Positions 39,558 through 50,135 are shown, counted from the stretch's first letter. The stretch: DNA of 64,000 bases from an uncultured Chlamydiales bacterium (GCA_963700985.1 OY969554.1:1152001-1216000); one strand, 5' to 3'. Numbers and translations are program-made. The notes: generated by a model not told the origin, from the letters alone.

Positions 39558-41243
39558 TTAAGGCGCTTGCTCGACGTTTACCGGAGACTGCTCTATTTGC
39601 TCTGAATAAGGAGCGGGAACATCTTGGCTTTGGCTTAACTTACGATAGTCTTCAAACGAATGAATGATGTGAGGGCGAACGAAGATAATAATATTTCGTT
39701 TCTCATCGCGTTCTTTCGTCTTGCTAAATGCTGCCCCAATAACAGGCAGGCCGCCCAAACAAGGAATGCCGCTCTTATGGTGGGATTTGGCATTACGCGC
39801 CATCCCGCTCAACACTAAGAAATGCTTATCGGGAATATGCACATGCGTCACCATATTCGCCTTGGTGGTTCGAATACCGTTTACGGCTGAGCTAGAATTA
39901 TGCAGATCTCCCATGCTTTCGGTGATCTCTTCGTTGATGTCGAGAGTAATGACATCCCCTTCGCCTAGCATAGGTGTAATACTTAAGTTTACCCCGATGT
40001 CGCGATATTCGATATTGGCCGCAGTCTGCTGAGTTTGACCGATCGTCTGAATGACAGATCCTGTGAATGGAATGTTGTCACCGACAAAAATGGTCGAATT
40101 CTTGTTATCCTGCGTGATGATCTTCTGATTCAAGACGATTGTACTGTCGCCGTCCATCTGCAGAGCAGAAACTAAAGAACCTAGAGTAAGATAGGATTTG
40201 CCTTTGTGACGGATGATGTCACCAATTACGCCTAGATCAAAACCATTCCCCAGTGGAACCTGGCCGAGGCCCGTCGGTGTGCTATCGGCATTGATCGATT
40301 TCATGGTTGAAGCAAACTGCTGGCCGCCGTGATCGGGAGAAAAACCTCCCATTCCAAAGCCTAGCTTATCTTTATATTTGCCACCCAAAGCCCACTCAAG
40401 GCCAAATTCCATCGCTTTGCGCACATCGGTCTCAATTACCAATACCTCAATGAAAACTTGGCGTAGAGGCACATCCAGAGAGCTAATCAGCTTTTTTAAA
40501 GCGACAATGGTCTCAGGATCTCCAGAGCAAAGGAGAGAATTTGTCATCTTTACCCACTGCATGGATTGAATGGCGTCGAGCAGTTTGGTGGGTTTTTCGG
40601 GTTGATTGTGTAGATCAGCGGCGATTTTTTTGATCGCCTCATCGATTTCAGCACCTTGATGATATTGTAACTTGTAGACAAAGAACTCTCTTGGCTCAGA
40701 AGGAGTAGCTGAAGGAGCAATAGCCGGTATAATAGGAGGCAGTGCAGGCGTTAAACCTGTTAGGACATTAGCAGGCGGTTGTGTTTTTGCCAGCTCTTGC
40801 AAAGGAGATGGGATAATAGCTTCTTCGACTTTCCTTCTCTCATTAGAGGCGTGATGCGCATCTTTAGACTCTTTTCCACCTTTATGAATGACATAGTAAT
40901 CCTCTTCGCGAGTGACACCCATTCCATGCATCTTGAGCATTTGGATAAGCGCCTTCAGCACATTTTCAGAGGCGACCGGCCGGCCTGATGCAAGCGTGAT
41001 ATTGAATTCAAGTTCTTTACTATTAAAGATGAAGTTCACTTCTGAAATGCGACTAACAAATCGAATGACTTCGATTACGGGCACGTCATTAAAATTGATC
41101 GTGTGTCCGCTCTCTTCTTTTACGATCACGTCTTCAGATGGTGACGCTAAGTCGTCATCACCCAAAGCCATAATCGGCATAACAAAGAGCAGTCCAATTC
41201 CAAGAAGATGTTTTGTGTTTAGTATCGTCATAATTTGTGGCAC
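39558..41243 (-). CDS. Secretin (SctC/GspD family), chlamydial CdsC-like
   Basis: INFNDV...IRFVSRIS..NFIF, LD.PLRQVFIE, EYRDIGV.L.ITP, GIPCLGGLP.IG.AF. Confidence 0.88.
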   Translation of the reverse strand: MPQIMTILNTKHLLGIGLLFVMPIMALGDDDLASPSEDVIVKEESGHTINFNDVPVIEVIRFVSRISEVNFIFNSKELEFNITLASGRPVASENVLKALIQMLKMHGMGVTREEDYYVIHKGGKESKDAHHASNERRKVEEAIIPSPLQELAKTQPPANVLTGLTPALPPIIPAIAPSATPSEPREFFVYKLQYHQGAEIDEAIKKIAADLHNQPEKPTKLLDAIQSMQWVKMTNSLLCSGDPETIVALKKLISSLDVPLRQVFIEVLVIETDVRKAMEFGLEWALGGKYKDKLGFGMGGFSPDHGGQQFASTMKSINADSTPTGLGQVPLGNGFDLGVIGDIIRHKGKSYLTLGSLVSALQMDGDSTIVLNQKIITQDNKNSTIFVGDNIPFTGSVIQTIGQTQQTAANIEYRDIGVNLSITPMLGEGDVITLDINEEITESMGDLHNSSSAVNGIRTTKANMVTHVHIPDKHFLVLSGMARNAKSHHKSGIPCLGGLPVIGAAFSKTKERDEKRNIIIFVRPHIIHSFEDYRKLSQSQDVPAPYSEQIEQSPVNVEQAP

Positions 41244-41363
41244 GCCACGAACATAATAAGACGACCCGTTCTTTTTTTAATAGTAATTTTGAAAAATTTT
41301 TCACTTCCTTGCTAAAAATTTCCATTTTCCTGATAATTGACACGCGACCTGGAGAAAATTTTC

Positions 41364-41873
41364 ATGAAAGCTACAACTATCGACAATCTTGATATGCGCA
41401 TCCATGAGCGCTACGCTCAGGATCAGCAGGCTCTCGATAAGACGTTTATTACTGAAGCACAGCTTCTTTCCCCAAGCTTCGAAAAAGTAGCCACCTCTTC
41501 GATTTACTCTTCTAAATGGGAAGAGCTGTTTGAGATGGGTGTGAAAAATTTGCCATGGGCGGCTTTCTCTCCTCCTCCATCTTATACACGTCAGCCTAAC
41601 CGTTTCTTTTCATACCGGATTCTTCCTTCTATCTTCGTTGAAGCAAGCGATGAGGATGGAGAGCATGATGCGCAAGAAGAAGATCAAGAAAAAGAAGAGA
41701 ATAAAAACGAGATCTTGAAGAAAGCGCTGAATGTCATAAAAGGAAAGAATGAAGATACTTTTCTCTTCGAGCGCGACAAATCCGCAGTCGTCACGCTCCT
41801 CCAGACCGTCCTCAACCTCAACCACATCCTCACCCAAATCAACTCCCGCAAACTCCAATATCAGAAGGGATAG
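41364..41873 (+). CDS. Chlamydial DUF5399 (CT273-like) protein
   Basis: WAAFSPPPSY, acidic stretch, C-terminal SRKLQYQKG; family recalled from memory. Confidence 0.55.
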   Translation: MKATTIDNLDMRIHERYAQDQQALDKTFITEAQLLSPSFEKVATSSIYSSKWEELFEMGVKNLPWAAFSPPPSYTRQPNRFFSYRILPSIFVEASDEDGEHDAQEEDQEKEENKNEILKKALNVIKGKNEDTFLFERDKSAVVTLLQTVLNLNHILTQINSRKLQYQKG

Positions 41874-41914
41874 ATAAAGAAGATATATTGGGTACGTTTT
41901 TTCCTCCTGTTCTC

Positions 41915-42422
41915 TAGACATGTCGGATGGTGCGTCCCGAGGGCGCACCTCCCGCGACCACCTTGAGCCTCACCTCGCTTTGCCAAACCGCGTCCTCGAA
42001 GGCGGAGTGTACACAGTACAACTCCGCACGCCCTTACGGGCTCTTCTGCGGTGCGGTTTTGCTTTGCGATCTGAGGCCATGGGCTGCTCGAGCGCTCACT
42101 TCCCACACCTATCGGTGCGGGCCCCTCCTCGCGTCATCTTGCAGTACCAATTTAAGAAAGCAAGATCTGTTCGTAATGCTTAGAACAGTTCTGCGAAAGG
42201 ACGTGGAAGGGGCCCCAAGCGAAGCTAATGGGGAAGGAAACGCTTTGAGCAGCCCGACGACTCAGATCGCAAAGTAAAATCGCAGCGCAGGAAAGCCGAT
42301 AGGCGGCGGGACAGTGCACTGCACGGACCGCTTCCGAGCACGCGATTTGACGAAGCGAGATGAGGCGCAAGAGAGGCAGCGGGAGACGCGGACACACTAG
42401 TGCCGTGTCTCCGACATGTCTA
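41915..42422. mobile_element. 508-bp GC-rich fold-back (palindromic) element with 13-bp terminal inverted repeats
   Basis: TAGACATGTCGGA (41915-41927) / TCCGACATGTCTA (42410-42422); internal arms pair around ~42168. Confidence 0.75.
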
Positions 42423-42472
42423 AATTTAACTAAAAAGAAGCTATCTTCTCCATACATCTATCTCCCAAAAAC

Positions 42473-43603
42473 TTATGCACTTTTGGAGTGAGGGGCCATG
42501 AGGATGTAGGATTCGAGCTCGTTGAGGCTGAGGGGGAAGTTTTTGTGGCCAAAGCCGATGCGCACGTGGCGCTTGCCGTATTCGTAGCAGGCACTGGGCA
42601 CGAGCAGCGCTTTAGTCTTTTCCATGAGATCTGCACAAAAATTCACCGCATCAGCTCTTTTTTTCAGGTGGAGCAGCGCCACACATCCCGCTTGAGGCAT
42701 TTTGCAGTCGAAAAGATCGTGGTACTTCTTTACGAAGTCATGCAACAGCTCTGCGTTGCTACGAACAAGCGCTAAGTTATGTTTGAGAATCTTCTCTCCA
42801 TGTCGAAGTGCAAGTTCTGCGAGAAACTCCGAGGTGCTGCTGCCTGCAACAGTTGTGTAATCTTTAAGTGCCAAGATCTCATGCAGAAGGATCTTTTCTT
42901 TGGTGGCAAGCCACCCTAAGCGCAATCCAGGCAGACCATAAGCTTTCGACATCGAGCCCATGGAGATTCCCTTCTCATAGATATCACAAAACTTAGGCAA
43001 ACGCTCTTGGGGCTCATGTTCTAAACCTGAATAGGTCTCATCGCAAAAGACCAGCAGGCCATTTTCGCGTGCGATTTCTACAATATCAAAGAGCTTCTTA
43101 GAAGGAAGCAAGTAGCCCGTAGGATGCGCAGGCGAGCTCATGATAAGCAAGCGCGTATTTTTGTTGATCAGCTGCTTGAGTTCTGCCGGATCCGTTTCCC
43201 AATCTTTATCTTCTTTAGATTCCCAAAAAGTCACGTCGCATCCGAGCGAGCGTGGAATTTCATAATACGGCTGGAAGCAAGGGGTCTGGACAATTATATG
43301 ATCCCCTTTTTTTAAGGCTGTCATCAAGAAGAGAAAAATCGCTTCTTCTGAACCTGTTGTAACTAGCACTTGATCGGGGTTAATCTGTGTGTATTCTTTA
43401 GAGATCGTCTTACGCAAAGCTTCTCCACCTTTAGGGGGAACGTAGCCCAGCTTAAGCTCTTTAAATTGCTTCTCCGCGCTCTTTTCATATCCTAATAATT
43501 CGCCAATTGAAAGAGGCTCGCAATCGGAGGTCGATAGCGAATAGGGCGAAGCGAATTCATACTGCTCAAAATATCTCAAGAGCTTGTAATGCGGAAAGTG
43601 CAT
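42473..43603 (-). CDS. Aminotransferase class I/II, PLP-dependent
   Basis: TTGSEEAI, P.HPTG, DETY, SMSKAYGLPGLRLGW. Confidence 0.9.
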   Translation of the reverse strand: MHFPHYKLLRYFEQYEFASPYSLSTSDCEPLSIGELLGYEKSAEKQFKELKLGYVPPKGGEALRKTISKEYTQINPDQVLVTTGSEEAIFLFLMTALKKGDHIIVQTPCFQPYYEIPRSLGCDVTFWESKEDKDWETDPAELKQLINKNTRLLIMSSPAHPTGYLLPSKKLFDIVEIARENGLLVFCDETYSGLEHEPQERLPKFCDIYEKGISMGSMSKAYGLPGLRLGWLATKEKILLHEILALKDYTTVAGSSTSEFLAELALRHGEKILKHNLALVRSNAELLHDFVKKYHDLFDCKMPQAGCVALLHLKKRADAVNFCADLMEKTKALLVPSACYEYGKRHVRIGFGHKNFPLSLNELESYILMAPHSKSA

Positions 43604-43690
43604 AGGTATTCCAGGGTTATTTATTTGGTTCTTTAATCCCCTGTTACCAGAGCACAAATTAGTAAACAATAGAAGGTCTATTGGATTGAG

Positions 43691-43716
43691 AAAAAACCGC
43701 GACCGGAGTCGCGGTT
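43691..43716 (-). terminator. Intrinsic terminator after porin gene
   Basis: AAAAAACCGCGAC-CGGA-GTCGCGGTT. Confidence 0.75.
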
Positions 43717-43730
43717 AAGAAATAACAATC

Positions 43731-44939
43731 TTAGAAGTTGAAGTCAGCATGCAAGGTCAAACCTTGAAAGCTCAAATCTCCATGCGAAGGCACAACAGTG
43801 AGGATATCATCATCGGAGGCAGTTATCCCTGTTGCGACGTCTAAAATACGGCCATCATGGGAAAAGGCAAGTTCAAAGAGCTCGTTCTGCTGGAACCACT
43901 CTGAAAGTTCATAGCAAGCACGCAGTGCGATGTGATACTTGTCATTACACAGCCCTTTTTCCCACTGAAACCCAGCCGCCGTTTCGAGGTTAGCACGCAC
44001 ACGGTTGAAATCTCTTTTGACGGTGATATTTACTGGTGTGAGAGTTGTATGGATGTTTGGCCTGAATCCATTAAAACTCTCTTTTACATCAAATCTTCCA
44101 TAATTGAGCGACCCACCAACACGTCCAAAGAATCCCCAACTAGGAGTAAAGTGCCAGAGCAGGTCTGCGCCAGCTACTAACCCACCGCCTTTATACTCTA
44201 AATCGCCCTTGAACTTTGTATGAGCTTCTAAAAAGTCGATAGTAGGAGCGGCGACGGGCGAAAGGTTCAAGAATGTCCAAACGCCATTGTAATTTGCCTT
44301 ATAGTGCTGTTTGATCCACACGCCACGCACACCCATATGCGGACGCAAAGTGATGTTTCGGCTAATGAAGTAGTCTCGTCCTACTTCTAAATCCAATGTG
44401 TCGAAATTCAGCCTCCAGCGAGCTTCAGCAAAAGAAGCCGTTGGGCCGAGCGCTGCAAACCAGTGAGGAATAAGTTGATGCGATGGGACAGTAGTGACAT
44501 CGCCGGTTGGGAAAGTCGAGCCCGTTCTTCTTTGGTGAGCTTTATCATGAAAATAGGTCCAACCCAGTGTCACATCCCACTGATCGAAGTTTTCAAAGCG
44601 ATAACCCAGAGCCACGCGCGCTCCTGGCTTCCACTCGCCATGGATGTCTAAGTCTTTAGCCTTATAGGTAGTTGCATCAGACGAAACGCGAGCATTAGCC
44701 GCGTAAGCTAGATCATCTTCATCTGCACGCCAATAGAGAAACTCGGCTGCAATAAAAGGGCCATTTGCTCTGAGGTGTGAAGGGTTTTTTCCTCCCCAAG
44801 TGCCGCTGATGTTTTTCTGCGTGCTTTCATCTAGTTGAGTGCGCATATCATTTGAGCCACTGCCATCGGCAAAGAGCGAGCCAGTTAAAGCGATAAGAGT
44901 GGTGAGTGCAAATTTTCCAATTTTTGTACTACGTGACAT
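43731..44939 (-). CDS. MOMP-like / Lpg1974-family outer-membrane porin
   Basis: Signal peptide, EFLYWRA, W.PG.R..GY, GDLSFQGLT...F.F C-terminus. Confidence 0.8.
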   Translation of the reverse strand: MSRSTKIGKFALTTLIALTGSLFADGSGSNDMRTQLDESTQKNISGTWGGKNPSHLRANGPFIAAEFLYWRADEDDLAYAANARVSSDATTYKAKDLDIHGEWKPGARVALGYRFENFDQWDVTLGWTYFHDKAHQRRTGSTFPTGDVTTVPSHQLIPHWFAALGPTASFAEARWRLNFDTLDLEVGRDYFISRNITLRPHMGVRGVWIKQHYKANYNGVWTFLNLSPVAAPTIDFLEAHTKFKGDLEYKGGGLVAGADLLWHFTPSWGFFGRVGGSLNYGRFDVKESFNGFRPNIHTTLTPVNITVKRDFNRVRANLETAAGFQWEKGLCNDKYHIALRACYELSEWFQQNELFELAFSHDGRILDVATGITASDDDILTVVPSHGDLSFQGLTLHADFNF

Positions 44940-45082
44940 AGTTCTCCTTTTGGGTTAAAGAATTTCATGACGATACAAATTTATTGATTTGCGTGCAATT
45001 TTTTTGACGCCATTCTGAGAAATTACAATACGTTTTTGGATTGTGCGTGAAAGAAACACGCACATAAGGTTAAAAGAGAGTC

Positions 45083-45865
45083 ATGAATCTATCTCTTGGT
45101 ATTATCGGTGCAGCAGGCAAGATGGGAAAAACCCTTCTGCTCTGCTCTATGAAAGATCCTGAAGTTCAGGTTACGGCCGGATGCGACGCTTTTAACTCTC
45201 CTTACATGGGCAAAGATCTCGGCCAACTGATTGACGGAGAGCTGTTGGGCATAAACTTAAAAGGAAAGATCGACGAGATTGTAGATGCAGCCGATGTGCT
45301 CATCGATTTCTCTCTACCTGCTGCCACAGTTGAAAATGCACGCATCGCTGCTAAGCATCAAAAACCTCTGGTGATCGGCTCTACCGGCCATAGCGTGGAA
45401 ACACAACTTGAACTCGAATCTTTTGCTAAACAAATTCCCCTGCTCTTTTCCCCAAATTTCAGCCTTGGGATGGCTCTTTGCATCGAAGCTTGCGCTTTTT
45501 TCGGCAGGCATCTTAAAGGCTCTTGCTTTGTAGACATCATCGAAACACATCATACCCAGAAGAAAGACGCACCGAGCGGCACAGCACTTGCGCTTGCCAA
45601 AAGCCTCGATTTTGAGCGCATCTGTCCGGGAACACTCTTGGAGCAGCCCCGCAATCAAGAAACTGTGGCCATCCATTCGATCAGATCAGGCGATGTTCCT
45701 GGGGAACACCGCATTATTTTCGAGTGTCAAGGAGAACGGATTGAGATCAGACATGAAGCTCTTTCCCGAGATGCCTTTGCTAAAGGGGCAATTCGAGCAG
45801 CTAAATTTCTAGCTCACTGCTCACCTGGGCTTTACACCATGAAAGATCTACTACATGCATTCTAA
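45083..45865 (+). CDS. dapB: 4-hydroxy-tetrahydrodipicolinate reductase
   Basis: GAAGKMG, IDFS, GSTG, ETHH.QKKDAPSGTA. Confidence 0.95.
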   Translation: MNLSLGIIGAAGKMGKTLLLCSMKDPEVQVTAGCDAFNSPYMGKDLGQLIDGELLGINLKGKIDEIVDAADVLIDFSLPAATVENARIAAKHQKPLVIGSTGHSVETQLELESFAKQIPLLFSPNFSLGMALCIEACAFFGRHLKGSCFVDIIETHHTQKKDAPSGTALALAKSLDFERICPGTLLEQPRNQETVAIHSIRSGDVPGEHRIIFECQGERIEIRHEALSRDAFAKGAIRAAKFLAHCSPGLYTMKDLLHAF

Positions 45866-46373
45866 GACCGTTTATCTCTCACTTGGCAGTAACCAAGGCG
45901 ATCGTATTTCTATTTTGCAAAGCGCATTAAAAGAGATCCAAGCGCTCCCCTCTATTGAGCATTTCAAAAGCTCGCGTTTTTATCAGACCTCGCCGGTCAG
46001 CCCTATTCCTCAAAATGATTTTATCAATGCAGCTTGCTCCTTCGCATGCAAGCTTTCATCCTCCGAGCTCTTCCAGCATTTGCAAAAGATCGAAAAAAAT
46101 CTTGGCAAGACTCCCAAAGCTAAGAATGCACCGCGCCTGATCGATATTGATATTCTGCTCTATGACGAGCAGTGGATCGATACCCCTGAGCTTAAAATCC
46201 CTCATCCTGGTTTAAAAAAACGTCTTTTTGTTTTAATCCCTCTGTCCGATCTCACTAAAAAACTTATGATCCCTCAGGCGAATGGCAATGTAGAGCAGCT
46301 TATCCTTAAAGATTATTTACTTAATTTCCCCAATCGTAATCAGGAAAAAATCTCTTTAGTAACAGACCTCTAA
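45855..46373 (+). CDS. folK: 2-amino-4-hydroxy-6-hydroxymethyldihydropteridine diphosphokinase
   Basis: LSLGSNQG, PRLIDIDIL, IPHP...R.FVL.PL. Confidence 0.94.
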   Translation: MHSKTVYLSLGSNQGDRISILQSALKEIQALPSIEHFKSSRFYQTSPVSPIPQNDFINAACSFACKLSSSELFQHLQKIEKNLGKTPKAKNAPRLIDIDILLYDEQWIDTPELKIPHPGLKKRLFVLIPLSDLTKKLMIPQANGNVEQLILKDYLLNFPNRNQEKISLVTDL

Positions 46374-46499
46374 AAGAAAATCATTTACAGGATGTGCAGG
46401 ATGAAGAAAAAGCTGCTTCCTGTTATTTATATCTCTTCTATGCCCTAAGCTAGCCTGCTCTTGAATAAAAGAGAGAAAAAGCTCATCCTGAATGACACT

Positions 46500-47342
46500 A
46501 TGAAACGCGTACCCGTAAAAAATTTCTTCATCGGCGATAAAGAGCCACTTGCTGTCATGTGCGGCCCCTGTGTAATTGAAGGGGAAGATGCTGCACTTTT
46601 TGCAGCTGAAAAGCTAAAAGAGATCTTCTCTGCTCTGCGCATCCCGCTCATTTACAAATCGAGCTACGATAAAGCCAACCGCTCTTCCCACGGCTCATTT
46701 CGCGGTCCGGGGCTGGAAGAGGGCCTGCGCATTTTAGAAAAAATCCAAAAAGAGTTTGATCTTCCCGTTCTAACTGATGTGCACTCTCCTGAAGATGCTA
46801 AGGCTGCAGGTTCCGTATGCGATATTATTCAGATTCCCGCTTTCCTCTGCCGCCAAACCGATCTGCTTACGGCCGCCGGTGCATCAGGCGCGGTCATCAA
46901 CGTCAAGAAGGGTCAATTTATGGCGCCCTGGGACATGAAAAACGCCGTTGAAAAAGTTCTAGCTACGAATAATGAGAAGATTATTCTCACCGATCGTGGC
47001 ACGACTTTTGGATACAACAATCTTGTCTCCGACATGCGTGCGATTCCCATCATGCAGAGTTTTGGCTTCCCCGTCTGTTTTGATGCTACGCACTCTGTGC
47101 AGCTCCCCGGCGGACATGGTCACTCCTCAGGCGGACAAAGAGAGTTCATTCCCATTTTAGCTAAAGCTGCCATTGCAGCCGGCTGCAACTGTCTATTCCT
47201 TGAAGCTCACCCAAATCCAGCGCTTGCTAAAAGCGATAAAGATTCGGTGGTGGCTTTTGCAGAGCTGCCTGCGCTTCTCGAACAGCTTCTGCGTATCTAC
47301 GAAGTCATCCACGGAACAACTGCATGCTCTTCCGTCGGGTAA
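46500..47342 (+). CDS. kdsA: KDO-8-phosphate synthase
   Basis: GPCVIE, KSSYDKANRSS, QIPAFLCRQTDLL, FDATHSVQ. Confidence 0.97.
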   Translation: MKRVPVKNFFIGDKEPLAVMCGPCVIEGEDAALFAAEKLKEIFSALRIPLIYKSSYDKANRSSHGSFRGPGLEEGLRILEKIQKEFDLPVLTDVHSPEDAKAAGSVCDIIQIPAFLCRQTDLLTAAGASGAVINVKKGQFMAPWDMKNAVEKVLATNNEKIILTDRGTTFGYNNLVSDMRAIPIMQSFGFPVCFDATHSVQLPGGHGHSSGGQREFIPILAKAAIAAGCNCLFLEAHPNPALAKSDKDSVVAFAELPALLEQLLRIYEVIHGTTACSSVG

Positions 47343-47944
47343 CCCTCTATACCTTCCTCTCTTTTGGCTTTTTAACGCTGCTCTGGGTTGGCCATATTAG
47401 CTACGTAAAAGAGACAGATATTCAAACCTATAAAAAGATGAAAAATAGGCATGAGATCGCCTCCACGCCTCAGGTTTTCACAGCCTCTACTCATCAGACA
47501 CGTCAAGGCGTCCGTAAGGATATCTGGTTTACACAAGAAGATAAAAACCGTTTGCACACACGCATCGAAAGCGCTTCTTCTCTGCTAACTATCCAACCAA
47601 AAGAACATAACTTCGAAGTCGTTGAAGAACTGCAGAAGATCCACTGCTGGATGCAAGATCGCATCTATGTGGGTGAAGGCGGCAAGCTGATGCAACAGAT
47701 GCGTTATATCGAAGCAGACAAAGGCACCTATCTCTATACAACCCAGCAGTTTTTAGCGCAGACCGTCATCCTCTCGCTCTTTCGTCTGCCCGGACACACT
47801 TTGCAGATCGATCAAGACCAATCAGCTGCATTTATCAGAGGAATTGCGCAAGATGTTTCTTTTTCTGTTTCCGGAAAATCCTCACAGTTCCAAGCTAAGA
47901 ACTTTAAAGCGCAATTTTCCAAAACCCCAGGTAGCAACTTATGA
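47324..47944 (+). CDS. Membrane-anchored protein, putative LptC-like
   Basis: Single N-terminal TM; position in kdsA-lptB operon. Confidence 0.5.
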   Translation: MLFRRVTLYTFLSFGFLTLLWVGHISYVKETDIQTYKKMKNRHEIASTPQVFTASTHQTRQGVRKDIWFTQEDKNRLHTRIESASSLLTIQPKEHNFEVVEELQKIHCWMQDRIYVGEGGKLMQQMRYIEADKGTYLYTTQQFLAQTVILSLFRLPGHTLQIDQDQSAAFIRGIAQDVSFSVSGKSSQFQAKNFKAQFSKTPGSNL

Positions 47945-49407
47945 AAAAGCGGATCTTAGCTCTTCTATTTGGCGTGAGCACTCTGTATGCCGCCACTCCC
48001 GAAACAGATTCGGCAGCCCTCTCTTCCTCCAACGCAACCTATGATGGAAACGCCTTGGTTCTAACAGGCCATGTCCTGCTTGATCATGGTTTAGGCAAGA
48101 TGGCGGCAGACGAAGCAAAACTTCAAAGGCAAGAAACAGGCAAAGATTTTCCTTTCTCATTGATTCAACTCGTCAAAAATGTCCAGCTGAGCATGAAGGG
48201 CGGCGCTCAAATTAACTGCGATGGAGCCGACCTAGACTTCACGAGCTTAAAAGGCCTTCTCTCTGCGGAAAATGGTGGCAAAGTTGTCTACACAGACAAC
48301 CTTAAAAAAGGCCTTTTTCGCTTACTGGGTAATAGCGTAGAGCTTAAAATCTCTAAACGTGAAGTCGATCAAAAAAAATCGGATTTTGAGATCGATACCA
48401 TCTTGGCCAAAGAAGATGTCAATATCGAGTTTGCAAAAGGCTTTTCATTACAAGCGCATCAAGCTCTCTATCGAAAAACACCTATTAAAGACGCTTCTTC
48501 AGAGGAATTTCAAGGCGCTGTCACAGCTTATCCAAAAGACGCAGAAAACCCATGTCGCCTGACTCATGGAGAGGATCTCATCGACGCAGAGTCGGTAGAT
48601 TTAGACCTTGTGCACTCCAAGCTCGCTCTCTTGCATCCAAAAGGCATGCTAACTTCGCGGCTTATGCCAGGCATGCAAAAAGGTGAGTTAAAATTCACCT
48701 GCGATCACCTGCTTTGGGATCATCTCAAAAATGCGCTTACGCTTAAAGGACACGTGAACGTGCTCGAGAGCGTCATCGGGAAGCTGACATCCGAAGGTGA
48801 GCTTGAGATTGTACACACGCAGCAAAAGCAAGGAAAACTGCTTAAGTCGATTAGCACAATTGGCACAACTTCGATGAGTTTTAAAGACGAAAACGGAACT
48901 GTCCACCATCTAAAAACACATGGACCATTTCTCTTCGATCGTAAACCGTTGCGTGCTACTTTTGAAAGCCCTAAGAAGAAAGGCGGTCTTGTTAGCCCAG
49001 AGAAGCAAATTTATTATGAGACCGAAGCCCTCTCTCTTTATGCGAACCAAGCGATCATAGAATATACCGCGGCTCAAGGGCATCTCAGACCCACAGCCTT
49101 ATCACTCAGTGGCAACGTCCGCCTCTTTTCTGTGGATGAGAAAAAACCGCGCTGTGCTCTGGCCGATCGCGTAAGCGTTTCTACCAATACCCGCACGCTT
49201 ATCTTAGCTGCGAATTCTGGTAAAAAAGTGCTCTTTGTGGATGATTCTCAATCTTTGCGCATCGCAGCCCAAGAGATTCACATTACGCGTGATGCAAAGA
49301 CGGGCGAAGAAAAAGTTCAAGGCGTAGGCAACGTACAGTTTTCACTCACAGATGAAGAAAACGGCCTGCTTAAAAAAGTTTTCCCTAACTATAAGAGCCC
49401 CACATGA
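47941..49407 (+). CDS. Exported beta-rich protein, putative LptA/OstA-like
   Basis: Signal peptide; repeated L.L.G.V motifs; upstream of lptB. Confidence 0.55.
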   Translation: MKKRILALLFGVSTLYAATPETDSAALSSSNATYDGNALVLTGHVLLDHGLGKMAADEAKLQRQETGKDFPFSLIQLVKNVQLSMKGGAQINCDGADLDFTSLKGLLSAENGGKVVYTDNLKKGLFRLLGNSVELKISKREVDQKKSDFEIDTILAKEDVNIEFAKGFSLQAHQALYRKTPIKDASSEEFQGAVTAYPKDAENPCRLTHGEDLIDAESVDLDLVHSKLALLHPKGMLTSRLMPGMQKGELKFTCDHLLWDHLKNALTLKGHVNVLESVIGKLTSEGELEIVHTQQKQGKLLKSISTIGTTSMSFKDENGTVHHLKTHGPFLFDRKPLRATFESPKKKGGLVSPEKQIYYETEALSLYANQAIIEYTAAQGHLRPTALSLSGNVRLFSVDEKKPRCALADRVSVSTNTRTLILAANSGKKVLFVDDSQSLRIAAQEIHITRDAKTGEEKVQGVGNVQFSLTDEENGLLKKVFPNYKSPT

Positions 49408-50135
49408 GTCACGACCCTATTCTTATCGCTGAAGAATTAGCTAAAAACTACGGGGATAAACCTGTGGTTAATGGTCTCTCTTTGTCGGTTGACAAAGGCG
49501 AAGTAGTTGGCCTTCTCGGACCCAATGGAGCTGGTAAAACCACAGCGTTTTATATGACCATTGGCCTTATTCGCCCAGATAAAGGACGCGTCTTTTTCAA
49601 AGGAAAAGAAGTGACTAACCTGCCTGTGCACGAGCGAGCGCATATGGGCATGGGCTATCTCGCCCAAGAACCTTCTATTTTCCGTCAGCTCACAGTTGAA
49701 GAGAACATTCTCTGCATTTTGGAGACCCTGCCCATTAGTGTTGAGGAGAGAAGACGCCGCTTAGACGAGCTGCTCTGTGAGCTTCATCTCGAAAAACTGA
49801 CCAAGAAAAGAGCCGCCACCCTCTCTGGAGGCGAACGCCGCCGTCTGGAGATCACGCGCGCGCTGGTTACTCAGCCCTCCCTGCTGCTCTTAGACGAGCC
49901 ATTTGCCAACATCGATCCCTTAGCGGTTAACGACGTGAAACAGATGATCCGCCACCTTAAAAACAAAGGCATCAGCGTGCTGATCACAGATCACAATGCC
50001 CGCGAGATCTTTTCTATCGTGGATAAAAGCTACCTCGTACGTGAGGGAAAGGTGCTGATGTCTGGCTCGGTCGATGAACTTTTAAATAGTAAAGAAGCCC
50101 GCTTGTCTTATTTTGGTGAAGACTTTAGATTGTGA
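49404..50135 (+). CDS. lptB: LPS export ABC transporter ATP-binding protein
   Basis: GPNGAGKTT.FY, YLAQE.SIFR, LSGGERRR, LLDEPF, ITDHN. Confidence 0.95.
   Translation: MSHDPILIAEELAKNYGDKPVVNGLSLSVDKGEVVGLLGPNGAGKTTAFYMTIGLIRPDKGRVFFKGKEVTNLPVHERAHMGMGYLAQEPSIFRQLTVEENILCILETLPISVEERRRRLDELLCELHLEKLTKKRAATLSGGERRRLEITRALVTQPSLLLLDEPFANIDPLAVNDVKQMIRHLKNKGISVLITDHNAREIFSIVDKSYLVREGKVLMSGSVDELLNSKEARLSYFGEDFRL

Noticed and set aside
41861-42636. Several overlapping 68-116-aa ORFs on both strands
   Set aside because: No motifs and Arg/Ala/Pro-rich; explained by the GC-rich palindrome and overlap with the aminotransferase end
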